Assembly (NCBI GenBank): GCA_028534125.1
Contig: CM052816.1
Coordinates: 101,122,001 to 101,186,000 of the forward strand
Reading direction: 5' to 3'
Source: Lama glama
Taxonomy: Eukaryota
DNA length: 64,000 bases
A model generated the notes under the pieces. The model did no database searches. It saw only the letters and a list, made by a program, of their open reading frames with translations, and was not told the origin of the DNA. The position numbers and the translations under genes are program-made. Below, piece by piece: positions 38,862-50,110 of this stretch; the first letter of the stretch is position 1, and the number at the start of each line of letters is the position of its first letter.

Positions 38862-38926
38862 GGGGGTGGGGGTAGAGCTCAGGGTGGGGCGCCTGCGTAG
38901 CGTGCGCGAGGTCCTGGGCTCAGTCC
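38862..38926 (+). mobile_element. GC-shifted tRNA-derived SINE head
   Basis: ggtagagctcagggtggggcgcctgcgtagcgtgcgcgaggtcctgggctcagtcc aligns to the SINEs at 18923 and 30266. Confidence 0.75.
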
Positions 38927-40809
38927 GGGTTCCCCCAAGACACTTTAGGACTAAGGACTCATTAGTTGGAGAACCCTTGTTTTAGCAGAAGAGGCAGTTT
39001 CCAAGTTAATCTGTCCTAAAACTGAAGCCTCACGCGCTACGTCCCAGAGAAAACTGCACGCACGGCGGTGCCGCGGCCTTGCGGTCAGAGGGCAGCAGTC
39101 ACCCAGGGTCAGTCGCAGCCACGGTGGCCTGAGCCTCGCGGGCGTCTGACCGGGCGCTGGGTGCTGCCCTCAGGGTGAGCCTTGGATGGGCATGTGTTCA
39201 GCCTTGCAAACTACAGTTCAAATACACAAAGGCATCGGGGCGGGGGGATCAGTCTCATCACTCCACAGAGGAAGGGCGCCCGGCCTCAACCAAGGATACG
39301 CGGTGACCGGGCCCTGGCCCACCTCCTGCCCCCGCCCTGCCTCACGTGCGGCTCTCAGCCTGCAGAATGTCTGTTGGGCGCGTGGGCCCTGCCTCACTCA
39401 CCTCCAGAATCTCCCATCCTTCCCCCTCCCCCGCATGGGTAAGCTCAAAACACACCCCGTCAGCTTCCAGAATGCCCACCTGATGTCTCTGCGCCCCCCT
39501 GGACCTCAGAGAGACGGGAAAGTGCACAAGTGACACCCCCGACACTTCGGCGGAGAGAGGGGAGGAGCTGAGGGGGAGACCCCACGGGGAGCCCACTGGG
39601 ATTGCAGGGTCTGCCTGGAGGGACGGAGTGCTCAGCCCCACCCGGCCCCTGGCTGACCGCCAGCTGCTAGTTCCACCCCGTGGGGCCAGGCCAGGCGTCG
39701 CTCTGGGGACCGGGCCGGGGCCCCAGAAGAGCCGCAGGAAGCGCTCCCTCTGCTCTTTCTGCTCCGCTGCTTCCTGAAGACGGGCCGGCCCAGCAGCTTC
39801 TGCCCCGCGACGCGGCGCCGTCGCCTCCTGGATCAGAACGTCAGGACAGCCAAGGACAGCCGCACGGCGGCCGGCAAGGTCCCCTGTCCTAAGGCCTGAG
39901 ACAGCAAGGCCCCGCCCTCGAGCCAGCCGCAGCCCACCCGGGCCTCAGCCCGGCGCGCCTCGGTTCCGCTGGCTTGGCCCTGGTGGCCTGCGGGCGCCTG
40001 TGACCGACGACCTCCGGCAGTCTCCCGTCCAGGTGGGGCTGGGGAGCTGAGGACATCTGTACCCCTCCCCGTGTCAGGTGAAGAGTGGTGACCAGAGCGG
40101 CCTCTTTGGCTGTGTCTCGGGGCCTCCAGGCCCCCCAGGGAGCATCCCTGGTTGTGGTTTCCCCTCTGGTGTTGGGGAGCCCCTCCCCCTGCCTTCCAGG
40201 CACCATCCAAACAGCTCAGGTGTCAAAGACCAAAAAAAAGAGACAGAGAGAGAACTGACTACGACAACAATTCCGGCAAAGTAGGCGCAAAGGAGGTTTT
40301 CCCAAAACCAGGCTTCTGGCTCTGAGTCTGTGGGGTCTGGAGAGGGCTGGCTCACGCCAGCGCCCACTCCCCAGAGGCGCACGCAGGTCAGCGCTCCTCG
40401 GGAAGGGGAGGGAAAGGAGGCCGTGAGGCCCCACAGCTGCTGGTGTCTCCAGGGAATCCACAGGACGGGGCTCACCCACTGGACCAGTCGGGCGCCCTCT
40501 GCCCCGCCCCCCAGCTGCTGACCCAGTTACAGAGCTTCCTCTCCAGGTCCATCTGTGAGTCCATCGCCGCATCCGTGGCAGGGGCGGGACCCTCCCTGTT
40601 CAAAGCTGTCAGGAGGGGAACAGAGGGCTGTTGTTGGGCTGAGTTTCCAGGGCTGAGCTGGCTTCACGCGCTGAGTGATCTTGCTCCATAGACCAAGGCC
40701 GCCTGGCCAGTGTCCACCGGGGGACAGAGGGATCTGTGTGTCGTGTTGGGTCAACATCACAGCACAGCCACGGCGGGAAAGTGGGCCGGCCGTTCCTGAA
40801 ACTCTGGCT

Positions 40810-41290
40810 GGTGTCAATGGGGTTTCTTTTTTTCTCCCAAGTCGCCAAAATGTCGGTCTGTGCAGAAAGCTCGCTGCCTGCCAGGGCCACTGCAATTCGA
40901 TTCAAAATAAAAATCCTATAGAACTGAAGCTGGGGTAAACGCTTTTTCTTACTCTCCCTCAACAAAGCTGAATGGAATAATTGAGATCAAATCCTCCCCT
41001 TCAAAAGCACAGTGGGCTGAGAACCGTCTGTGCCAAGTGTCGGCCTGAGATAATCCCCCGGCTGTCACTCTAAGCCCCATGAAAGGCCGTCACCCACAGA
41101 GGCGCTGACGCCACCAGAAGCACTCAGGACAAACGACATGTGAGTTCTCTTTAATTTTATTCTGAAGGTGAAAGGGCTTGGCCGCTGAGCCGCATTGAAT
41201 AGTAGACTCACGTAAATGCTGTTAGCAGTCAGCTTCTTGTTAGGACAACGCTCTTCCTCTCACATGTAAAAATAAAATCCAAAAACTCAG
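40810..41290. promoter_or_regulatory. Candidate conserved non-coding element
   Basis: Non-repetitive AT-richer island with AACAAAG, GAGATCAAA, TTCAAAAG, AGATAA, TGTCA and TAATT motifs. Confidence 0.4.
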
Positions 41291-42368
41291 ATTCAAACTA
41301 AACGTTCAAAAGCCCCGGTTTCATCATCCAATTTAAGCTCAATACGTACAATTGACATTCCTAACTCGGCACCTGTGGGGCTCTCAGCCTCGCACCACCC
41401 CCCCGGCTGCGGAAGCCCGTCCGCCTGCTCTTCTACACAGGACTCAGCTGCCACCGTGAGACCCTGCGGTCCCTCCGCCGGGCCGGTGCCCCACCACCGC
41501 CTTCGTCCCCACACAGCCACGCTGGGTTCATTCACCGTGGCCTCAACTTTCCAAACCACGCTTCATCGCTGTCCGTGTCTACTTGCCGAAATCTGCTCCG
41601 CGTCTCAGAAAGACCCCGAGGCCCATGCAAAGGGCTGCCTCGGCTTCCGCCTCACGCTCCACGCCCCTTCTTTGGTCTCCGCTGTTCCCATGCTCCTGAG
41701 GCTCTCAGGCTCTGCCTCGCGACCTCCGGGACCCGGGGCTGCATCTAGTCCGGGGCAATCAGTCCGCCTGCTCCACCCACGACTCTGCTGTCTCACCCAC
41801 CACTTCCCTCCTTGATAGACACCCAGCTTCTCACAACTGCAAGACATACTCCTCCTCCTCTGTGGGGTTTCTCCGGGGTGTGCTCCAAGGAGCGAGCTCC
41901 TGGGTCACAGGCGTGTGCATCTCCACTTCTGGTGTTTGCACACGGGCTCCCCAATGGGCTGCGCTCAGCCCGCGCTCCACAGCGGGCTGGCCTCCAGCTC
42001 CGGCCTCGGTGGGCCCTCGGGCTGGGGCGCAGGGGCGCATCTCCTGGGTACCAGCAGGCGCGAGCGTCTCTCTGACCCCGCTCGCCCACGAGCGTCCCCG
42101 TCTGGGGACTGCCTGTGTGCGCGTTCCCCGCAGTGCGGGTCCCTCTGCTTTCTCAGAGCCAAATAGAAGTCCTTATGTTATCAGAGGAGGCTAGTTTTTC
42201 TAACCACATTCACCATAACCATCTTTTTGCCCAGTTGTGGCTTTTATTTTCAGCCTGGTTTAAGGTGAGGCTTTTCCAGCGTAGTTTAAATGTCTCTCGT
42301 TGGCTTGTGCTTTTGCTGAACTTAGTAAGGAGTTCTCCTCTACCTCAAAGTCGTTAAGATAATCTCCA

Positions 42369-42690
42369 GAGAAAGACACACACGACAACACTTACACGCG
42401 GAATCTAAAAAAGCAACACGATCTTATCTATGAAACGGAGGTAGGCCCCCCCACACAGAACACGAACTTGCGGTCCCCAGAGGGGGAGGACGGGGAGGGT
42501 GAAGGAGGAGCCCGAGGTGAACAGACACACACACTGAGCGACGGCCAGGCCTGCCGCACAGCGAGGGAACTGCCTTCGGGGTCTTGCAATGGCCCAGAGT
42601 AAGGAAAGGTGTGACAGAGAGCACACGTGTGTGTAACTGAGCCACGTTGCTGGCGCACAACACTGCAAGTCAACTGTGCTTCAGCAAAAC
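42369..42690 (+). mobile_element. L1 3' UTR fragment, heavily GC-shifted
   Basis: gagaaagac...cacttacacgcggaatctaaaaaa ... gtaactgagccacgttgctg ... aagtcaactgtgcttcagcaaaa; collinear with 56101-56348. Confidence 0.85.
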
Positions 42691-42793
42691 ATTGTTCATA
42701 CGTCAAATAAAATAAAACTGTCAAAAAAGGCAATCTGCAGTTTTTACCTTTAAGGTTACACTTCCCACGTTGAGCCACGTATTCACTTGTGTC

Positions 42794-42885
42794 TTTTAAA
42801 ACTGTGGTAAAATGAACGTAATGTAAGATCTGCCGTTTTAGCCCTTTCTAAGTGTACAACCCAGCGGCATTTAGCCCATTCTCCC
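42794..42885 (-). mobile_element. L1MA/MB-like 3' terminal fragment
   Basis: tgtggtaaaatgaacgtaatgtaagatctgccgttttagccctttctaagtgtacaacccagcggcatt. Confidence 0.6.
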
Positions 42886-45800
42886 CCTGCGCCGCCTCAC
42901 AGGCTCTCTCCTCTCCCCACCAGACTCGTTCCTCCAAGAGACTGTGACTGTGACGGACCGTCCCCCGAGAGCCCTGGGACCAGATAATCGCACATCCCTG
43001 TCCTCGGGGGGCTGGCCCTCAGGACACCCGCGCATCCTCAGTGATCAGTGACAGGCAGCACCCGGGAGCCAGGAGGGCTGCGCTCTACCCCTCCAACCTG
43101 CCAGGTGACGAGTGAGGCCGGGCGCCACCACCTGGGGCGGCTCTGACTCTGACAGGACCCAGCTCGCCTGGAGGAGCTTCCGCTGAGAAAGGGTGCCTGG
43201 CGGCGAAAGTGAGCCGCGGTGGCTGTAGGTGAGGGCGCCTGCGGGCAGGTTTCTGTTTTTCTGGAGCAGGGATGAGACGCAGCTGGTGCCCCGGGTGGGC
43301 AGCAAGGCCACCATGCAATTGGTCAGGGGCCGGTCCACAAGAGGAGGATGAGTGCCGGCCGGCCTGGAGGTGTGGATGGTGTCCTGGCACCGGGAGGGGT
43401 GGCTTCGAGGACAGCCCCGCCCTGGGGTCCCAGGAGACAGGGGCCTCCATGGATACCCCAGCAGTATCTTCACACGCAGCTGGTGGGGCCACTGCGTGGC
43501 CACAGCTCCCCCTGGTTTGCCAACAGCGACAGTCTCCTCGGGATAGGCGTCCGTGACACATCTGGCCAGTGGAGGCAGAGTGTCCACCTGTGGTGAGGCC
43601 ACCCGGCTCAGAACATGCCCCAAATGGACGAGCAGTGTTGGGGACATCTCTGGACCGACTCGTGGTGCCGGGGAAGAGCCGTCTGGCCAGGCCAGCTGGG
43701 GACGGCTGGGGACCCCTGACTGAGCCGAGGCCGGACGCGCTCGCCGCCCTGTACTGCACCTCTCCCGCCAGCCCAGCCCCCCGGCCACATCCAGCCTGTC
43801 CCAAGTCACGTCACTCCAGTGAGTTCCGTCAGACCGTGGAGACAAAGCCATCAGGGAGACGTCCCCAGAGCCAGTGGCTGAGGCAGGCAGGCCCCTGTGG
43901 GGCCTGGAGAGGCCCATCCCAGGAAGAGGAACCATCCAGGGTCTCCCAGGGCCCCTGCAGCTCACCCTGCAGAGTCCGCACAGCGGCACGTGGGCAGAGC
44001 AGCCAAGGATTCGGGGAGCAGGTGGCCATTCCGGGCTGCGGACTGGAAAACGGGTCATGAGGCCTGGAGCCTGCTCAACTGTTGGCATTTTCTTTAAGAG
44101 AAAGGTGTAAAACCACGTAGCAGATAAAGGAGGACTGAGCGTTTGCTTAGGATGGAAAAGAAACGGCAAACTTGCAAACGCTTTAGGTCTGCAGCAACAG
44201 CCCAGAGCACGGGAGGGGCCGAGGTCTGGCCCTGCGCCCCCAAACCTGGGACCCTCCCCACCGCCGGCCTGCAGCCTGGACCCGGGAGCGCGGAGCCCAG
44301 CGCAGCCGGGCCACTCCCTGCGGGAGCCCTGCCCTGTGAACTCTGGCCCCCCTCAGCCCCACACCCCTCGGCCAGGGCCGCGTTTGGATTTTTCTCCTTG
44401 CGGTCACAGAGGTGGGGAGGTTGTGTGGCAGCCCACCGCCCAGAGCTGTGACCTCACCCGGGGAAGGGACAGCCCCACCCCCACTGCCTCCCTTCATCCC
44501 CGAGAACATTCCAGAAAGATCAGGGAAGCGGGGCCCCCGGAGCTGGAGGGTGGTTGCTCCTCAGGGCCCTGGGTGGGACGGCTGTCGTCTCTGTGGCTGG
44601 TGGGTGAGTGCTCCCTGCCCTCGTGCCGTCAGCCAGCCCCTCCCATGGACGCCAAGGCGACAGGCCTGCGTCTGGGGGACAGACACGGGCTGGAGGTCGG
44701 GGTCCCTGAGGCTGGCCCTGGGCTTGCCTGGCCCAGAGAGGAGGGACGAGGCCTTGCTTCCTGGAACCGAGGACTTTTGCTAGAGCCATTCTCCCTGCGA
44801 GAACAGTGAACACGGAGGCACGAGCCCTGGGACGCTGCAGGCGTCACTGAGGCTGGCAGTGGGGGTGAGGGGGGCGCTCGGGGGCCCTTAATGCCCCCCA
44901 CTGCCCATGCTCTGAGGCTCACCAGAGACCGCGGGGCCCCGGGTGCCGTCACTTCCGTTCTCCCACCGTGATCCCCCTGAACTTGGCCCCCCAGTGAGTA
45001 ACCTCTTGGCTCCAGCCAGCAGCCTGCAGGGTGACCCCTGCCCGCCACGGTCTTCCCCACCCCTTCCCACTGGGCTGCGTCCCCTCCACAAACACTGCCG
45101 ACGGCTCTGCCTCCTTCCACCCGCGTCCCTGAGCTGCGCTGACATCCAGGCGTCCCTTACGCGTCTGGTGGTCAGGAAACTAGTTGGCATTGAGGCTCTG
45201 AAAGGACCTCAGCCAAGGCAAGGCCTGGGGTCCCCAGCAGTGACAAACAACCGTTCAATGAGGTGACAACTGAGATCTGAGCCTGCGATGCCGTGGGGGG
45301 AGACGGCGGCGCCAACAGGCAAAGGGAACCCACACCACAGTCGCACTGGTCTTATTTTCCACTGACTCTCCCTGTTACAGGAAACTTCCTTTACTACTGA
45401 GGTTTTTTAAACAAGTTCTAAAGGATTAAGATAGAAAGATTAAATTGGAGCCTACGCACCAGCTGCACGCAGCACGTGGGGCTGACGGCGCAGGAGCGGG
45501 AGCCACAGGCGCGGCGTGGACGAGGGCGCGTGGCAGTCGGGTTTGCGGCAGATTTTACTGCGAGTTACTTCTTGAGGTGGAACGCGATTCTCAGGACAGA
45601 CAGCACTGCAGGACGCACCTTCTGAGGAATGTCTGCTCCAGTCGGTCCCTGTGCATCTTCGCGTCTGGACTCGGATGAGCTAGGGGAGGCGTGTCCAGCA
45701 GCCCTGCGGCCCCAAAGGCCCGAAACAGGCGAGGTGTCTGGTGCGGGATTCCGCCTCCCCGCCCAGCCACCTGCAGGGAGCCCTGGGCCGCAGGCGTCCT

Positions 45801-46741
45801 GACCGCCCCCTCCTAGCCCTAACCCCGAGACGTAACGGACTCCACAGCAGGACGAGTGAACGCCTGCTTTCCACTGTGGGGATTTAAATCCACTGGGCAC
45901 CTCCTTGGGTGCGGGGAGACCCATCGCATTTCCCGGTGTGCGTGCTACACGCAGAACCCATTTTCACATCTCATGCTTGTTCAGTACAACCGTGGCTGCA
46001 GAAATGACAGGGGGCGAGGTTGCAAGGGCCACACTGGGGCTCCTGCGTGGCTAACCGCTCAGAGGATCCGTCTCCTGTCACCACCCCACCTGCAGGAATT
46101 GCCTGTGGACGCTTAGCAACGTGGGAGGCATGTCGGCAACCCCGGGCAGCGCTGTGCCCCTGGGATGCCCCACACCCCGGGGAAGACATGCTGGATGCCA
46201 GGAATGAGGAAGTGACCCTAAACTGTTTTGTTGAAGACACTTTGTGAATCACAGTAACAGTTTAAAGCAACAAGCAGCGTTGTGGACACTTCATGAATTC
46301 ACCTCAAATATACTGTGTTGCCACACGCAGAATTCCCCAGGGTTTCTTTTTTAAAGGGGAAAAGTCAGTTTCCTTAGATCTTACTGCCCATCGACCTTTG
46401 ACGCTGGAGGCGGCTCCGCGCTCCCCCGCCCCCGCCCCCACCCCCGCTCACTTCCTCGGTGCCTGGACGAGTATGAGGCTGGACCGCTCGCTTGGTGGTT
46501 TCCTCTGCAAATCTCCTGACAATGATCAGAGAGGAAGCAGGGCCTGGAGGCAGCCACTCCCACGGACTCCAGTGAGCAGGGGGTGGAATTAGAATTCAGA
46601 ATTGGAACCAGCCACCTCCAGCCCCTGTTGACTAACTTTTCCCCAAAGCACAGCGTCCCGGTGACATCCAGGCATGTGCGTCAACAGCTTCAAGTAAGAG
46701 CACACATCACAGTTAGAGACAGGAGCCGTCTGGGATTTAAA

Positions 46742-46774
46742 ATAACAACAGCAACAACCACCACCACAACAACC
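46742..46774. repeat. Imperfect (ACA/ACC)n trinucleotide microsatellite
   Basis: ataacaacagcaacaaccaccaccacaacaacc. Confidence 0.7.
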
Positions 46775-49699
46775 GCAGAACATCAGCCCAGCTCGCCCCC
46801 GAGAGGCTGCGGTGTGGACGGGCCACCGGTCGTGAACCCTGAGCAGGTCCTGACCCAGGCTCAGGCCAGGCTTTACACGCCATGAGACAAGGGAAGGAAG
46901 CCCCCCGGCGTGCGCAGTGGGTGACAAGCAGCTGGACTCCGCGTGTTGGTGGGGAAGGTCGTTCGTGCTTTTCGCGCCGAAGCGGACAGTGGCCGTGTCT
47001 TAAGAGCTTTCTGCAAGCCCCGCTTTTGCTGAAGTTCGACACCAAGATGCTGCCTGCAGTAACCCTTGAGCCGGGCCGTCATATGAACCCCCTTTCACAG
47101 AGGAGAGAACCCAGGCTTGCGAGCGGAAACGAGCCGTCTGAAGGCCTGGCCCAGCCCGGCAGCCTGGCGGCCCCGGGGGGGCAGAGGCTCCTCTCCCAGC
47201 GCCCTGTCTGCACGCGGGCGCCGTCGTACACTGGGCTCACGTCGCTGTGCTCCCACGCTCGAGGTGCACGTCCGGAGTGCGTGCGTGCTAAACGGCGACA
47301 AACCCAAACTGTGAAGGTGAGGTCTGGGGGCCACGTCATCAGAGCAGGACCCGCGTGGCCAGATGTGAACGTGAAGGAAGTCCCCTGTCAGAGAAAGGGG
47401 TGAGGTGCCCAAGGCGGTCGGGACTCTGCTAAGTGCGCCGCGTTGGCAGTGCTTTCTCCCCGGTCATCTTGTCGGGAGCTGAAATCGCACCAGCTTTCCA
47501 AAAACCCCCACTTGCGGTGCCGGATCCAGCTCTCAAAGAACTGTGACTACCTCCCTAGCTTCCAAAAAGCAGCCGACGCTTTGCGCTTCCCGGCTGCAGC
47601 AAAGAGAAAGCTGTCCTGAGATCTCAGAGCCACGCCCTCGTCCGCCCCGAGTTCCCGCCTGTCCGTGCACAGGGCGGCGGCCCAGGAAGACGCGCCCCCC
47701 ACCCCAAGACTGCGAGGGCTCTGGAGCCCTGGCCGCGCCTGGCGCCCTTCCACACACCTCGCCTGCACTCACTGGAGACGCACACACCCTCCAGGCGGGC
47801 CCAGCTGACCCCTGCTTCACAGGCGAGGACGGGGCGCCGCGGACCCCCCAGGGGCATCGCAGAGCCCCGGCTCCTGAGCCTCAGCCCCTCACGTCACAGA
47901 AGGCAGCTGCGTGATTAGGAAGGACTAGGGGCTGGTGCTGGCTCGTCCCAGCCGGGGGTGTCACCGCTGGCTACCAGCGGGTTTCCAGGGCAACCCTTAA
48001 TTCTGAGCTGGGGGCAAGGGGGACCTCCAGGACCACTGCCAGGCAGCAACCTCGCCCTCACCAAAGGGACTGGCATCGCGGACACGTGGAAGTACTTCCT
48101 TTCCAGCTTGAAAAACACGAATGCAGAATAAGCAGGTTCCCTGGGGTTATCAGTGCATGCTCTAAGTGGAGACCGTTCAAAAAACACGATGAAGTGGAAG
48201 ATACGCTGCTTCAGGTCGGACTGAGCAAGCCTCCCGGCCGCGAGGCCGGCGCGCCCAGTTCCGCCTCGCGGTCCTTCCTCAAGCACCGGGGCTGCTCTCC
48301 TCTCCTGTTTCACCGGATACGCCCTCTTTATCGAGTCTTTAAGGTCAAGTGGCTTGTAAAAGACGTCTGACCCAACGTGAGTTCTCAGCCTTATCGACTT
48401 AAGGACTGAAAATGTGCACAAGGGTCCTGTCGCAACCGGTGCCCTGAAGCCGGGGCGTCAGGTGGTTCCCTGCACCTGCTCCCGGAGACCAAGCGCTTCC
48501 GCGCCGGGTATCATCCCTGTTTGCTGAAGCAAGAACCACTTGTACCGAGTGAAGCCCTGGGCGGCCACCGCCGGCGTCCATGCACGGAGGGGAGGGGCGT
48601 GAGGAGGGCAGGCGTGCGTGCAGCCGTGCGTGCGGGGCAGCTCTGCGCGAGGTACGGGCGTGCGTGCAGGCACAGGCTGCGAGCAGCGGACCCAGGGCTG
48701 CCCACGGCCCCACTGTACAGCTTGCCCATCCGCGCTGCCCCTCAGCTCCGGGCTGAGTGAGGGCTGCAACGCTGCCCTCGAGCGTAAGAGTCCTCGCCGA
48801 AGACCCGGTGCCCAGCAATCACATCCCAGTGGGAGGCAAGGGGGCGGGGGACTCACATCAACCCCACCCCCAGCCGACCCCGCTGGGCCTGGCTCTGGGC
48901 CTCACAAGACAGGCCTCCACTGGAGGGAGCGGTGTTCTCAGCTCCTCTCCCTGCTTTCCTCCTGGACCCCTTTCAGACCTTCTCAAATGCCCTCTCCTCC
49001 TCAGACACCTTCCTGACCTTCCAGCGGGAGTTACCGCTTCCTTCTTCCAGCTTCTGGGTCTTTCCAGCAGGTCCCTCCCCACACGCACCTGCTGGGCCCA
49101 CCTGTGACAGTGCAGGGTCCTCCCCCAGCTGGAGGCAGAACCCCATCCCCACCCCGAGCACCCTGGCCCTGGCCGCATGGAGGCTCGTCAGACCGCGAGC
49201 GGGAAGATCTGTGCCACTACGCCGTCTGGGAACGTGTGAGTTCTCCAAATGAGTCTCTTCTCTCTTTCTTTTCAGACAATGATATGATACAACCAAAATG
49301 TCCCCAGAGCTTAGAGCAAAGGTGACACTTTTGAGAAACGTCTCCTGGTGCCTTACAACGTTCTCGGGCTTTGCAATGAATAAAAAAGTCCCGGGCGTCA
49401 GAGCACTGAGGGCGGGGGGCCCTCCTGAAGGGACAGCGGGGGCTTTGGGGAGTGAAGCGGTGTGGGAAGGGGTGAGGGGGCCGGGCCAGGAGCCCTGCGG
49501 AAACTGAGGCGAGGATGGCTCGGGGCTGAGAGAGGAAGCAGGAGGCAGGGACGGCCAGAGGGACCTCAAAGGGCTCTGCAGTCTATCTCAATACACAGCG
49601 GCCAGTGCCGAAATCTAGTCTGACATCAAAGGATCAAAACCACATCTTCCCGAGCTTTGCTTTTTCAGTCCAAGCATCCCTAGTGGCCTGTTCTTTCAT

Positions 49700-50110
49700 C
49701 AGGACTAAGTTCACTTGCAAGTTGCAGAAAGATCCAAAGTGGCAACAACTTGAAGCTAGAAGCTCACTTCTTCCCAGTCATGAAGGCCAGTGGCAGCCCC
49801 AGGTTTGGGGGCACCGTCCACGCTCCACGAGGTCCGGAACCCAGGCTCCATCTCTCTGGTTGCTCTGGTAGCACGCCTTCCACTCCGAAAGTTGTTTCAC
49901 GGCCCAAGATGGATGCTGTAGCTCCAGCCATTACATTCACCTACCAGCCATTAGGAAAGCACCCTCTCCTTAAGGGTGCTTCCCAGAAGTCCCACAAATC
50001 TTGTGCTTGTGTCCCATCTGGCTCCAAACTGAGTCACATGAGTACAGCTAACTGGCAGGTAGGCTGGGAAATGCCATCTTTATCCCGGGTGACAATACTT
50101 CCTTCTGAGA
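49700..50110 (-). mobile_element. Old MaLR LTR (MLT1J/K-like)
   Basis: ccaagatggatgctgtagctccagccattacattcac ... ttcccagaagtccc ... gtcacatgagtacagctaactggcaggtaggctgggaaatg. Confidence 0.7.

Noticed and set aside
41293-41372. Possible terminal coding exon on the minus strand (GAELGMSIVRIELKLDDETGAFERLV*)
   Set aside because: Weak polypyrimidine tract, no recognisable homology and no linked upstream exons.
43045-44169. Long ORFs (374 aa here; also 34143-35225, 35301-36278, 2039-3013, 15668-16576, 50856-51755, 58574-59533)
   Set aside because: Pro/Gly/Ala/Arg-rich translations with overlapping ORFs in several frames and no recognisable domain; expected from stop-codon scarcity in GC-rich DNA.
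47915-48421. Minus-strand ORF with more protein-like composition (VLKSIRLRTHVGSDVFYKPLDLK...) after a possible acceptor ttttcag
   Set aside because: No protein family recognised, no convincing donor or partner exons, and the opposite strand is also open. A BLASTp/PhyloCSF test would be needed to revive it.
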